Virus record (IMG/VR): IMGVR_UViG_3300005805_000098
Span: 1 to 59,304 of that record
Strand: one strand, 5' to 3'
DNA length: 59,304 bases
Source of the DNA: a virus
Taxonomy: Duplodnaviria > Caudoviricetes
Below are positions 18,288-28,805 of this stretch, piece after piece. The notes under the pieces were generated by a model. It searched no databases and was not told the origin of the DNA. It worked only from the letters and a program-made list of their open reading frames with translations. Within the stretch, counting starts at the first letter, position 1. The number at the start of each line of letters is the position of its first letter. Made by a program: the position numbers and the translations under genes.

Positions 18288-18324
18288 CGACACGGAACCC
18301 TTACCCAACTAGTTAGGAGAAACC

Positions 18325-19833
18325 ATGGCATATAGCCGCCCAGGCGTATACATCACGGAACGCCTTCTACCAGCAACAATCCCTGCTGGTGTAAGCGCAG
18401 ATGCTGCTGGTGCTGTTGTTGCAGCGTTTGCACAAGGCCCAGAAACAGTAACTCGCGTTATTTCGTGGTACGAGTTCACCAAGTACTTTGGTGGATACAA
18501 CGCATCATATCCAGCGACTTTCCAAGTAGGCGCGTTCTTCCAGAATGGTGGACGTGAACTCTATGTAAAGCGCATTCTTGCTTCCAACGCTGTAAATGCT
18601 GACACCGATTTGGTGGACAGCGGCAGCGCTGCACAGGTAAATGTTCAAGCAAAGAACGCAGGAACAGACGGAAACAACCTACGAGTTGTTCTCTCTGCTG
18701 GCCAGGTATCAGGAACCTACACCCTTACTCTTTACAAAGAGTCTGGTGTATCAGGCATTTCTGATGACGTTCTTCTTGAGCGCTATGAAAACATCATTTT
18801 TGATGATGACACCTCAAGTGATTATGCAGAAACAGTAATCAATATTGTTTCTCCAAACATCACCGTATCTGTTGATTCTGGCTATGCAGGACAGTCACTC
18901 ACTGCTGCAACCTATCCACTTACAGGCGGTTCAAATGGAACAGCCGTAGCATCTACAGACTACACAGCGTACAAAGGTGGAAGTTCTTCAGTATTTGAAG
19001 ACCTCTCATCATTTGAACGCCCATTTGTTTTATTTTTACCTGATGTCAATGCTCTTGCATCTGGTGCAACAGGCGTATTTGATGCCGCAACTTCTTGGGC
19101 TGAAGATAACAACGGATTCGTTGTTCTAGACACAGACCCAGATTTGACAGTTGCAAACGCAATCAGCGCTGCTGGTGCTCTTGCAGACACAAGTTTTGCA
19201 GCAGTCTATTACCCACACTACTTTATCGCTGACCCACTAGGTCGCGGGTCAGGTGCTCTTCGTAAGATTGGTCCAGCAGGTGCAGTCGCTGGTCTTTATC
19301 TAACAACAGATGCAACTCGTGGAGTATTTAAGTCTCCTGCAGGTATCACTGCATCTCTTCTTGGCGCAGTTGCAATGGAGAGAACCTTCACATCAACTGA
19401 ACTTGATTCAATGAACGCAAGCACTTCACCAGTTAACCCAATTCGTAACGTTCCTGGTGCAGGTCTTGTAGTTATGGGTGCTAGAACACTCAAGCAGGAT
19501 GGAACAGCAAACAAGTATGTAAACATGCGTCGTTCGCTTATCTACATCCGCAAGGAACTAAAGAATCTAACAGAGTTCGCTATCTTCGAAAACAACGACG
19601 AGCGTCTCTGGGCACGGATTCGTACAACTATTTCTGTATTCCTTGGTGAGTACAGGAACCAGGGCGGTCTACGTGGTGGAACAGATGCACAGGCCTTCTT
19701 TGTGAAGTGCGATGCTGAAAACAACACAGCCGCTCAAATTGCAAACGGAGAAGTTCACATCCAAGTTGGTGTGGCTCTTCAATACCCAGCAGAGTTCGTA
19801 GTCATTGACCTAAGTCAAAAGACTTTGAACTAA
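18325..19833 (+). CDS. Contractile tail sheath protein
   Basis: RPGVYITE, FFQNGG, RGVFKSPAG, VMGARTL, YVNMRR, FENNDE.LW, FFVKCD.ENN, PAEFVVI. Confidence 0.95.
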   Translation: MAYSRPGVYITERLLPATIPAGVSADAAGAVVAAFAQGPETVTRVISWYEFTKYFGGYNASYPATFQVGAFFQNGGRELYVKRILASNAVNADTDLVDSGSAAQVNVQAKNAGTDGNNLRVVLSAGQVSGTYTLTLYKESGVSGISDDVLLERYENIIFDDDTSSDYAETVINIVSPNITVSVDSGYAGQSLTAATYPLTGGSNGTAVASTDYTAYKGGSSSVFEDLSSFERPFVLFLPDVNALASGATGVFDAATSWAEDNNGFVVLDTDPDLTVANAISAAGALADTSFAAVYYPHYFIADPLGRGSGALRKIGPAGAVAGLYLTTDATRGVFKSPAGITASLLGAVAMERTFTSTELDSMNASTSPVNPIRNVPGAGLVVMGARTLKQDGTANKYVNMRRSLIYIRKELKNLTEFAIFENNDERLWARIRTTISVFLGEYRNQGGLRGGTDAQAFFVKCDAENNTAAQIANGEVHIQVGVALQYPAEFVVIDLSQKTLN

Positions 19834-19853
19834 TCCGAAGGAGAAACAACTAA

Positions 19854-20471
19854 ATGCCTACATTAATATCCAACAGGTCAAACTTAATCACTGACCCGTT
19901 ACGTAACTTTAGGTTCTTGGTTTCGTTTATCCCACAGGACACCACAAACACAGCCCTTTCAGGCTTAGTGGGTGCAAAGGCAACAACCTTTGGATTCACA
20001 TCTGTTTCTGGTCTCTCTGTGTCAACCGATACCATCCCTTACCGTGAAGGTGGATACAACACCGTTGCACACCAGATTCCTGGTCAGACAACGTTTACAC
20101 CAATCACACTGCAGCGTGGCGTAATCCTAAGTACGAATCAGAACTGGGAGTGGATGCGTAATCTATTCGCAACCGTTGCTTCTGGTGGCACAACTCGTCA
20201 GTTAGGACAAAACTTCCGTTGCGACCTTGAGATTTCAGTTCTATCTCACCCAATTCCTGCGTCAGGAGAAGACGATGGTGCGCCATCAGATTCCGACCAC
20301 GTAGCGTTACGCGCCCGCGTGTACAACGCATGGCCAACTTCGATAGCATACTCAGACCTAAATGCTGGTGACAACGCACTTCTTGTTGAGCAAATGACGC
20401 TCGTACATGAAGGTTTTGATATCAAGTGGGCTACAGCCTTAACTAAAGATGGACAAGCAGGAACCTACTAA
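19854..20471 (+). CDS. Tail tube protein (T4 gp19-like)
   Basis: DPLRNFRF, GFTSVSGL, YREGG, ITLQRG, NAWP, DLNA, LVHEG. Confidence 0.92.
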   Translation: MPTLISNRSNLITDPLRNFRFLVSFIPQDTTNTALSGLVGAKATTFGFTSVSGLSVSTDTIPYREGGYNTVAHQIPGQTTFTPITLQRGVILSTNQNWEWMRNLFATVASGGTTRQLGQNFRCDLEISVLSHPIPASGEDDGAPSDSDHVALRARVYNAWPTSIAYSDLNAGDNALLVEQMTLVHEGFDIKWATALTKDGQAGTY

Positions 20472-20485
20472 TATAAAGGAATAAA

Positions 20486-21292
20486 ATGTCGAAAACAATT
20501 AGTGCAGCGGCTAACCCCGCATTGGCAAACGATTTGATAAAGAAGGCTGTGGAAGAAACGCCAAAGCCAGAACAAGAAGTAAAATTAACACCCCCTTCGG
20601 ATAACGTAGTGACTCTCCCTGGTGGATATTTAACAGACACTGGGGAGGTCATTACCGAGGCCGAAGTACGGGAGTTAAACGGCGCTGATGAAGAAGCCAT
20701 TGCAAAGGCTGCAAACGTTGGTAGAGCGTTGCTCACCATTTTGCAGAGAGGCACCGTACGTGTAGGAGATATTAAGGCAGACGAAAGACTGCTTGACAAC
20801 CTTCTATCTGGTGACCGCGACACTTTGTTGTTGGCTATCTTTAAAGCAACGTTTGGAAGAACTGCTGAAATTCAAGTTAATTTTGGTGGCGAGTTCAAGC
20901 CTGTAGAGGTTGATTTAGACGCAGATATTAAGGTAAAGACTTTGAGTGACCCACTGGGTGACCGTGTTTTTGAAGTTCAAGGAAAAAAGGACACCTTTGT
21001 AGTTCAACTACCTACAGGAAAAGCACAAAAAGAAATTATTGCTAACACAGATAAGTCTGCGGCTGAGTTAACAACCATTATGTTGGAGAACACTATTATG
21101 CAAATCAATGGCTCTCCACTACTTAGCAAGCAACAGGTAAGAAACCTAGGTCTTGTAGATAGAAGAAAGATTGTAGACGAGATAAATAAACGCATCCCTG
21201 GACCACAATTCGACAATATAACCGTAACTGACCCCGAAACAGGAAGTGAGGTACTTGTGCCGATTAATTTCGGTACCTTGTTTCGATTCTAA
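20486..21292 (+). CDS. Tail assembly chaperone / baseplate-hub assembly protein
   Basis: VRELNG.DEE, L.GDRD.LL.I...TFG, DRR.I...PGP; lies between tube and tape measure. Confidence 0.7.
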   Translation: MSKTISAAANPALANDLIKKAVEETPKPEQEVKLTPPSDNVVTLPGGYLTDTGEVITEAEVRELNGADEEAIAKAANVGRALLTILQRGTVRVGDIKADERLLDNLLSGDRDTLLLAIFKATFGRTAEIQVNFGGEFKPVEVDLDADIKVKTLSDPLGDRVFEVQGKKDTFVVQLPTGKAQKEIIANTDKSAAELTTIMLENTIMQINGSPLLSKQQVRNLGLVDRRKIVDEINKRIPGPQFDNITVTDPETGSEVLVPINFGTLFRF

Positions 21293-21440
21293 GGTCACGC
21301 CCTTTGGCATTCTTATGGCTGATTGGGCAGCGTTGGCAAACTCTTTTGAGGGTTGGACGCTAACGGAAATAAAGGCGCTCTCACCAAGAGAGCGTAAGAA
21401 CTGGCTAGAGATAGCCAAATACATTCGTAGAAAGGACTGA
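21282..21440 (+). CDS. Tail chaperone C-terminal extension (+1 frame, probably reached by frameshift)
   Basis: FDSKVTPFGILMADW...GWTLTEIKALSPRERKNWL; no SD before ATG 21315; TTT_CGA at 21281-21286. Confidence 0.6.
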   Translation, partial: FDSKVTPFGILMADWAALANSFEGWTLTEIKALSPRERKNWLEIAKYIRRKD

Positions 21441-21443
21441 TGC

Positions 21444-23936
21444 ATGGCTAATAAAATGTTGTCTAATATTCAGTCCTTAACTAATGGTGTCTCCACACTC
21501 ACGCAAAAAGTAAATGAACTCTACGCTGCTGTTGATAAAGTAGCGGGAGTTGCTGAAGGTGCTGTTTCAGGAGTTCAAGGAACTCTAAGAAATATGGGCG
21601 GAACCATGCATCTTGGTTCTGCTACCTCACGCCCTGGAACGGGAGCAGACGGCGCAAGGTTTGCAACACCTAGCAACGACATGCCTTCTTATCGTCAAAT
21701 GGACGAGAGCATGGGCAAGTTTACTTATCAGCAATCTTCATTTGGTGGAGGTTTTAGCGGTAACTTTAGACAGCAAAGTTACATGGAATACGATGACGGT
21801 GGCGCCACCATGATGGCCACTGGTATGCAGAATATGGGCGTTGGCGCTCTTAAGATGGCTATCGCTCCTCTCGCGGGCGCGTACGCAGCAATGCCAGACC
21901 TTGCTTTAACAATGCAGAGAGACATTGGGTACTACCAAGCCGCTCTTCGTGCACCAGGAGTAAACAGAGCGCAGTTCCAATCGCAATTCATGGCAAGCAT
22001 GAAAGGCGGAATGTCAAGTGTCGGTTCTGACGCATTAACTGCAGCAATTCTTGCAGGTAGAGGCTACATGCCAGGAACTGCAAACTTTACGCAAGCAGGA
22101 CAAGAAATTGCTGGTGCATATCGTTATTTAGGTATTGAAAACGCTGCTGCTGCATCTGCAATTGCTGGTTTCCAATCTGGTCCTATGGGAGCAAATCTTT
22201 ACCAATATGGAATCAGCACATATGACCCACAAACAGGTAAAAACCGAAGTGTTGGAGCAATTGCAAAAGATTTAATGGACCTTATGGCTCCTGGAGGAGT
22301 TAGTGGAGCGGCAGCAGTAAATGCATCTTTCCAGCGTGGAGCGCTCGGTGCAAACCTTAGAACTATGGGCTTTGACACTGCACAGCAAGAAATGCTCCGT
22401 CAAGCAATGGTTGACCTTTCAGAAGGAAGAAACCCAGACTTAGCAACAGCGTTACCAGCCGCTGGAAATCCAAACACTGTTCTTGAAACTGCAGCAAGAT
22501 TGAACGTGTCTCAAACAGAACTTATGAACGAAGCAGCCAAAGGAATGATAGAGGGCTTTGAAAATGCTGCTGATGTTGTTGAAGAATTTAACAGAAGATT
22601 AAAGCCAGTTGCTGAAGAACTTGGTTATTTAAGAGGATTGATTGGTGGAGTTGGCGGAACCAATGTAGGTCAAGGTATTGCTACTTTTGCAACAGTGTTT
22701 AGTGATGGTGTAAAGCAATTCGTTTCTGGAGTAAAACAGTTTATCGATGGAGTGCCTAACCTTCCGTTTTTACCAGACTTAGGTGGTGGCTCATCTGGTT
22801 TTGGAGCAGCCTTTAATGCAAACAGACTTGGAGCAAAGGGTGGTTCAGCCCCTGTTTCTGGCGCAGTAAGTGCTGGCTATGGGGCCCAAGATAACTCAGG
22901 AATTTGGGCTGGAACAAACGGAAAACACACAGGTGTTGACTACTCCGTTCCAAAAGGAACACCAGTAGTTGCTCAACTACCAGGCGTTGTTTCCAGCGTA
23001 AATCCAGGCCCAGATTACGGAACTGCAATTGTTATTGACCACGATAATGGTTACCAAACTGTTTATGGGCACTTAAGTTCTCGTGACGTAAAAGTTGGCG
23101 ATGAAATAAAGCCTGGACAAAGAATTGGTAAGTCTGGTGATTCAGGAAATGTCACTGGTCCTCATCTTCACTATGAAGTTCGTAGAGGTAAGAACAACCC
23201 TGTAGACCCTAATAGCCTTGAAGGTTCTGCGGGCAACTTCTCTGTTGCAATGGCTGCTTACAGCGAAGACTTTGCTTCTGCCTTAGCAATAAAGCCAGGT
23301 TCTAAAGGCTCATCTAGTCCTAACAGCAGTTCAAGCGCAAATTATGTTTCAGTAAAGGGAACTGGAAGCGAAATAGATTGGGCTAAAAAATTCTTAACAA
23401 AAGTTAATGCGCCATTGAGTGAAGGGAACATCAGCGCATTAACTACTTGGATGAGATTTGAGGGCGGTCACTGGCAAAACAGCGCTTCATATAACCCGTT
23501 AAACACTACCTTGAATGTAAAAGGTTCATTAGGAAGTATGAATCCTGTAGGAGTCAAAAGATACGACTCTTGGGACACAGGACTAACGGCAACAGTACAA
23601 ACTCTTCTTGGAAACAGGTCTGTTGAAAGAGGTTATGCAGATATTGTTGCTGCGTTACAAAGCGATGCGGGAACCTCGGCTGTTTTAAGTGCTGTAAATA
23701 AGTCTGCGTGGGTACACGGAGAAGGTAAATCCAGTAACTACAACTTCCCTAAAGGCGGCGCCACATCTGGCTATGGAGCCTCAATAACACAGACTAGAAA
23801 TGAGCCAGGAACCAACAATGTTTATATTACTGTGAAGTTTGAACAGCCCGATGACCAGTCTGCTAGAAGGTTCGCTCAAATGGTTGAGTCTTACTTAAAG
23901 CGCAAAGACAATAACTCAGCGATAGGAAACGTCTAA
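21444..23936 (+). CDS. Tape measure protein with M23 peptidase and lysozyme/transglycosylase-like domains
   Basis: Ala/Gly helical N-half; M23 motifs HTGVD, YGHLS, TGPHLHYEV; then W.RFEGG...YNPLNT...Y.SWDTG lysozyme-like region. Confidence 0.85.
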   Translation: MANKMLSNIQSLTNGVSTLTQKVNELYAAVDKVAGVAEGAVSGVQGTLRNMGGTMHLGSATSRPGTGADGARFATPSNDMPSYRQMDESMGKFTYQQSSFGGGFSGNFRQQSYMEYDDGGATMMATGMQNMGVGALKMAIAPLAGAYAAMPDLALTMQRDIGYYQAALRAPGVNRAQFQSQFMASMKGGMSSVGSDALTAAILAGRGYMPGTANFTQAGQEIAGAYRYLGIENAAAASAIAGFQSGPMGANLYQYGISTYDPQTGKNRSVGAIAKDLMDLMAPGGVSGAAAVNASFQRGALGANLRTMGFDTAQQEMLRQAMVDLSEGRNPDLATALPAAGNPNTVLETAARLNVSQTELMNEAAKGMIEGFENAADVVEEFNRRLKPVAEELGYLRGLIGGVGGTNVGQGIATFATVFSDGVKQFVSGVKQFIDGVPNLPFLPDLGGGSSGFGAAFNANRLGAKGGSAPVSGAVSAGYGAQDNSGIWAGTNGKHTGVDYSVPKGTPVVAQLPGVVSSVNPGPDYGTAIVIDHDNGYQTVYGHLSSRDVKVGDEIKPGQRIGKSGDSGNVTGPHLHYEVRRGKNNPVDPNSLEGSAGNFSVAMAAYSEDFASALAIKPGSKGSSSPNSSSSANYVSVKGTGSEIDWAKKFLTKVNAPLSEGNISALTTWMRFEGGHWQNSASYNPLNTTLNVKGSLGSMNPVGVKRYDSWDTGLTATVQTLLGNRSVERGYADIVAALQSDAGTSAVLSAVNKSAWVHGEGKSSNYNFPKGGATSGYGASITQTRNEPGTNNVYITVKFEQPDDQSARRFAQMVESYLKRKDNNSAIGNV

Positions 23937-25336
23937 TGTCCAAGCAAGTAACCTACGAAGAGGCATCAAGAACCACCCTTGAGGCAAAACGACGCGCTGA
24001 AAATGAACGAACGACTGCAAAGAAGAAAGATGAAGAAAAGAAAAAACTTGCTTCTTTAAAGGCTGAAATTAATAGTATTGATAATCAATTAAAGTCTTTA
24101 AAAGTTCTCCTAGACAATGAAGAGTTTGTATTAAACAAAGCAAAAAAAGATTATGCTGATTACTTTAAGTTGGCTGCGCCAAATGGACTTCAAAGCGAGT
24201 TAACGTCGGGTGAAATAGCGCAGTTAGCCTTTTTACAAAGTCCAATAACAGCCTCTCAAAACAGATTAACTGGTTATAAAAGCCGTAGGTCTAATCTTAC
24301 GACGTCTCGTGCCACAAAAGTAAAGCAGATAAACGACATAGTAAATGCGGGAAATAAATCTAAAATAGAAAAAGATAAGAGTGGAAAGAACACTAGCGGT
24401 GGCCCTAATAAACCCCCTGCAACTGGTAGCGGCAACAACACTAACAACAAGGGCGGAGCCGTAGACCCTAAAGGTCCCTACAAATACAACCCCCCAATGG
24501 TTAGGTCAGCCTATTTCAGGAGTGGTATAGCCGCCGATACTCTTGGGCAAAAGGTAATTACTTCACCAGCCTACACAGATGCTAAGAATGCTTGGGGAAC
24601 AGGTAACCAAAGCCGTGGTGCAATTCAAATGGATAAGAGGTTTGTTACAAAGGTCCTAAAAAAGAAGGACCCTAAAGGAACCTCGTTTACAAACTTTGAC
24701 GACCAACTGTATGGGTTTAGGTTCTCCTACAACCCAACTACAGTAAGCATGGGATGGCAGATTATGACTGCTATGAACCCAGAGTTTGTTGCTAGTGGGG
24801 ATGATGAGTTCGTTCCTATATCTGCAGGCTTGTTATCAAGCGTTGTTGACTTTACACTGTGGTTAAACCGCATAGAGGACATGAAACTTCTATCAAACAA
24901 TGGACTTATAAATAAAGACCCGTATCCTTACCCACGCAAGATAAACTCAAAAGATGAAAAAGAGTTATGGAAAAAAGGAACTATGTATGACCTTGAATAC
25001 TTGTTTAAAGTATTAAATGGTCCACATGCAACTTTTAAATCTGAGATGCTTCAAGGAGAAACAGCAGACAGAGGATGGTTACGCCCCGCCATTGTTGAAT
25101 TGCACCTTGGTGCTCAAATGAGATACAAAGTCCGTATTCAAGACTTTTCAGTAAACCACATAATGTTCAACAGCAGAATGGTTCCAATTCTTTCAACAGT
25201 TAAATTAACTTGTTTGAGGTTCAACGATTCTCCAGAAAGAAAAGGCGGTGCTCCAGTTGGACCTACCGATAAAACGGGAGCAACTTGGACAGGGTCTCCC
25301 TCTCCTTCAGACTTACAAGCGGGTGGTTACAGATGA
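23936..25336 (+). CDS. Baseplate/tube-initiator-like protein with N-terminal coiled coil
   Basis: F.YNPT.V and H.MFN.RMVP..S.V.L motifs typical of CIS tube initiators; position after the tape measure gene. Confidence 0.55.
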   Translation: MSKQVTYEEASRTTLEAKRRAENERTTAKKKDEEKKKLASLKAEINSIDNQLKSLKVLLDNEEFVLNKAKKDYADYFKLAAPNGLQSELTSGEIAQLAFLQSPITASQNRLTGYKSRRSNLTTSRATKVKQINDIVNAGNKSKIEKDKSGKNTSGGPNKPPATGSGNNTNNKGGAVDPKGPYKYNPPMVRSAYFRSGIAADTLGQKVITSPAYTDAKNAWGTGNQSRGAIQMDKRFVTKVLKKKDPKGTSFTNFDDQLYGFRFSYNPTTVSMGWQIMTAMNPEFVASGDDEFVPISAGLLSSVVDFTLWLNRIEDMKLLSNNGLINKDPYPYPRKINSKDEKELWKKGTMYDLEYLFKVLNGPHATFKSEMLQGETADRGWLRPAIVELHLGAQMRYKVRIQDFSVNHIMFNSRMVPILSTVKLTCLRFNDSPERKGGAPVGPTDKTGATWTGSPSPSDLQAGGYR

Positions 25337-25608
25337 TATTCCTGGATAGTCGTTATTCAGATGGTGGGTTGTACAAGGCTTATGATTCAAGAACAGGTAA
25401 GTATCAGTTATCGGTGTCAAGAAGATGGCCAGATTACTTGTCTACTTTCTTTTGGCACTATTGGGTAGAGACAGACCGTTTGGACAACCTGGCTTTGCGT
25501 TATTTGGGAAAGTCAAACTTATGGTGGCAAATTATGGATATAAATCCAGAAATAGTTGACCCATTTTCAATTGAACCTGGAACCCCAATAAGGATTCCAA
25601 ATGAATAG
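25333..25608 (+). CDS. LysM-like baseplate protein (P2 gpX-like)
   Basis: DRLDNLALRYLG...WWQIMDINP...PGT.IRIP; start at ATG 25333. Confidence 0.75.
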   Translation: MIFLDSRYSDGGLYKAYDSRTGKYQLSVSRRWPDYLSTFFWHYWVETDRLDNLALRYLGKSNLWWQIMDINPEIVDPFSIEPGTPIRIPNE

Positions 25609-26848
25609 GTCCTATCAATATAGGAATGCAACCAGTTTCTCAATTGAGTTTCCTGACTTTTCTTCTTTCAAAACTATTCCCCATAACTTTAGGCTAATCC
25701 AAAAAGCGGGAAAGCAGGACATAGTTGAAATAACTTATCCTAATTTTACTCCTTTCTATCAACAGGCACTGAAGACAGGCGTAACCCTCTCTATAAAGTG
25801 GAGTAATGGATTAAATACAAACACTTGGTATGGGTATGTCTACGACGTAAGTCCAACCCATCAACAGAGTTTAAAGAAACCAGTAATGGTTAGGGCTATT
25901 GGCTCTTCTTTTGGGTTAAAAGATATGGGCAATAAAATTTGGGTTAACAGAACCGCTACTGAAATAGTTACTGAGATTGCAACCAAATTTAAGTTAAAGC
26001 CAAAAGTTACTCCTAGCAAGGTCAGGTTCTCGCAACAGTCTATGGTTAACCACACCTATTGGGAAAAGATAAAAGAACTAGCCCACAGAATAGGGTATGT
26101 AGTTCACGTAGATAAAACAGAGTTACATTTTCACCCACTAGATGTGATGATAGACAAGTTTGCAACAGTTATACCTGTTCTCTATCATGATTGGGAAGAG
26201 AATCAAGTAGTCTCTATTCTTTCTCCCACCTTAGATAAGTTCATTCCAAGAGTAGGTGATACGACTGAAGGCGTTTACAGTAAGCGTGATAAACAAATCT
26301 CTGGAGTAAACCCTCTTACAGGAAAACCATTTTCAGTATCTCACTCTCCAAGTGATTTTAAAAAGACTTTAAGAAATAACGTTACAAGCACGCTATTTAC
26401 AGAAAGCCTTTCTTCCACGATAACTGCCAGCCCAGATATGGCAAGAGAAATAGCAAAAGCACAAGCCGTACTATCGCACTACTCAGTACACGCAGAAGGA
26501 AGTGGTCAGGGCGACCCTTTGATGGCTCCATATAGAACCATTGAAATTAATGGAACAGGAGACTTTACGGATGGTTTTTGGGTCCTTGAGGACGTAGAGC
26601 ATTTTGTAACTCATGACGGACGGTACTACGTGGAGTTCACCTGCATGACAGACGGTACTGGCACCAATAAGGCGGGCATATTTAGACCCACCTCTGCTGG
26701 AACAGTTCCTGTAAGAAACCTTGCTTTTGAAGCGTCTACAGAGGGATTGAGTAAGCCTACTTCGACTAGAATGAGCGCTACAACAACAATTGTAAATAAA
26801 AGCGCCGTTGGATACAAGGTTGCTCCTAGAAGATGGGTAGGTAAGTAA
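25601..26848 (+). CDS. Baseplate hub protein (gpD/T4 gp27-like)
   Basis: WYGYV, W.NRTATEIV.EIA, GDP, G.W...VEH; synteny. Confidence 0.7.
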   Translation: MNRSYQYRNATSFSIEFPDFSSFKTIPHNFRLIQKAGKQDIVEITYPNFTPFYQQALKTGVTLSIKWSNGLNTNTWYGYVYDVSPTHQQSLKKPVMVRAIGSSFGLKDMGNKIWVNRTATEIVTEIATKFKLKPKVTPSKVRFSQQSMVNHTYWEKIKELAHRIGYVVHVDKTELHFHPLDVMIDKFATVIPVLYHDWEENQVVSILSPTLDKFIPRVGDTTEGVYSKRDKQISGVNPLTGKPFSVSHSPSDFKKTLRNNVTSTLFTESLSSTITASPDMAREIAKAQAVLSHYSVHAEGSGQGDPLMAPYRTIEINGTGDFTDGFWVLEDVEHFVTHDGRYYVEFTCMTDGTGTNKAGIFRPTSAGTVPVRNLAFEASTEGLSKPTSTRMSATTTIVNKSAVGYKVAPRRWVGK

Positions 26849-27249
26849 TGGCTGAAAAAGCAATTGCCCTGCCCTTTTCAATAAATTCTTTTGGAAAAGT
26901 TGCTGATACAACAGAACTTTCAAAAATTTGGGCTGACCGAGTTAGGTCTGTAATAGGAACAGCACTTAGAGAAAGAGTAATGCTCCCAGACTTTGGCACA
27001 GATATACCTTCTTCAGTATTTGAAACAACCGAGGATGCCGACTCTCAGATACAGACAGAGGTGATACGTGCTTTTAACGAACAACTATCTGCACTTACTC
27101 TAGATGAAGTTACGTCTACTTTTGATGAGTTTACAGGCGTTATGAATGTAGACATAACGTATGCCTTACCTAATGATGAAGTTACTAGTACTTCTATAGG
27201 ACTAGTTTCAATAGCAGGAACAGCCCCAATTTATGAGGAGTTACAATGA
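26848..27249 (+). CDS. Baseplate wedge protein (gpW/T4 gp25-like)
   Basis: LPF, T..RERVMLPDFG motif. Confidence 0.85.
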   Translation: MAEKAIALPFSINSFGKVADTTELSKIWADRVRSVIGTALRERVMLPDFGTDIPSSVFETTEDADSQIQTEVIRAFNEQLSALTLDEVTSTFDEFTGVMNVDITYALPNDEVTSTSIGLVSIAGTAPIYEELQ

Positions 27250-28805
27250 GCATCACGCCTCCATCAAATATCCCACTTTCAATTGACTACACCAGTAAAG
27301 ATTTCTACTCCATAAGAGCAGAGTTGATAGCAAGAATTCAAGACAGAATTCCAGAGTGGACAGCCTCAGACCCAGCCGACTTTGGCGTTGCTTTAGTAGA
27401 GGCATTCTCTTATTTAGGAGATATGGTCTCTTACTATATTGACCGAAATGCAAACGAAGGCTTTATCTCTACAGCAACGCAGAGAAGCAGCGTATTAAGT
27501 ATTGCTCAGACATACGGGTACAACCCAGCAGGTTATAGGGCAGCCTTTGTTACAGCCACATTCAACAACACTGCTGGAACAGCCGTAGTTCTTCCTGCAG
27601 GAACAGTTATATCTGGAGAGGTAATTGAAGGCGACACAGTACAGCCAATTTACTTCTCTACAAACATAGAAGTTGAAATTCCTGCGCAAGTAGGTTCAGT
27701 GGTAGGAACAGACGACATAACTGTTTATCATGGTCGTTCAATTACTCTTATTGCTGAAAACGCAAATGAATATGGAGAATTGATTGGAGAATCCACTGGA
27801 AGGCCAGGGATGAGATTTGAACTGAGCGAAACTCCCGTAGTGGAAGATTCTATAGAAGTTTATGTACAAGATGGAGACATTTACACTAAGTGGACTCAAG
27901 TACAGCATTTAATTGATTACGACTCAACTGACCAAGTATTCTCAACAATCACTGATGATGAAGGTAACGTCTCAGTTATTTTTGGAGACGGTGTGTCTGG
28001 AACTATTCCAACTCTGTACTCAGAGATTAGAGCACGGTATACCGTTGGTGGCGGTTCTTTTGGAAATATTACAGACGGAATACTAGACACTATTGACTAT
28101 GTTCCTGGGTTATCAGAGGTTCAAGTAACCGCTCTTCAAAGCACATTAACTGTAACAAACGCTTCTTCTGCAGTAGGTGGCTCTGACCCAGAAGACACAA
28201 ACCAAATTAGACTTGCGGCTCCTCAATCTTTAAGAGCAAACACAAGAGCAGTCACGCTACAAGATTTTGCAGACTTAGCACTGGCAGTTACTGGAGTTGG
28301 AAAGGCAAATGCAACTGCATCTGTTTGGACTTCAGTTACGGTGTATATCGCACCAACAAGAACAGCAACCGACGCAGACCCAGCCCCTGGTCTTGACGAC
28401 TTAGGTAATCCAACCCTTGAGTTTGACTCATTGCAAGAAGACGTTGAAGTCTATCTATCCGATAAGACCTTGATTGGAACAACTGTAACGGTCTCTCCTC
28501 CTGTTTACGTAGATGCAGTTGCAAGTATCCAATACACAAAATTAGACCAATATACAAACGCTGAAGTTGAACTTGGTATAAAGAATAAGGTATTAACAGA
28601 CTTTGGATACACAGGCGTATTTTTTGAAGACACCATATATCCACAAGACATCGAGTTTGCTCTGCAGCAAGTTCCTGGTATTAAAGTGGCTAAGGTGACT
28701 CAACTCTACAGAGATGGAGATAGCCCAGCCTCAACAACCTTAGTTGGTGACCCAGATGAACTCTTCAGATTTACTGAAGCGAATCTAAACATCACAGAAA
28801 TCTAA
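27246..28805 (+). CDS. Baseplate J-like wedge protein
   Basis: IDYTSKDF, PEWT...DFGVALVE, FGDG..G, GGSDPE, RAVTLQDF. Confidence 0.9.
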   Translation: MSITPPSNIPLSIDYTSKDFYSIRAELIARIQDRIPEWTASDPADFGVALVEAFSYLGDMVSYYIDRNANEGFISTATQRSSVLSIAQTYGYNPAGYRAAFVTATFNNTAGTAVVLPAGTVISGEVIEGDTVQPIYFSTNIEVEIPAQVGSVVGTDDITVYHGRSITLIAENANEYGELIGESTGRPGMRFELSETPVVEDSIEVYVQDGDIYTKWTQVQHLIDYDSTDQVFSTITDDEGNVSVIFGDGVSGTIPTLYSEIRARYTVGGGSFGNITDGILDTIDYVPGLSEVQVTALQSTLTVTNASSAVGGSDPEDTNQIRLAAPQSLRANTRAVTLQDFADLALAVTGVGKANATASVWTSVTVYIAPTRTATDADPAPGLDDLGNPTLEFDSLQEDVEVYLSDKTLIGTTVTVSPPVYVDAVASIQYTKLDQYTNAEVELGIKNKVLTDFGYTGVFFEDTIYPQDIEFALQQVPGIKVAKVTQLYRDGDSPASTTLVGDPDELFRFTEANLNITEI

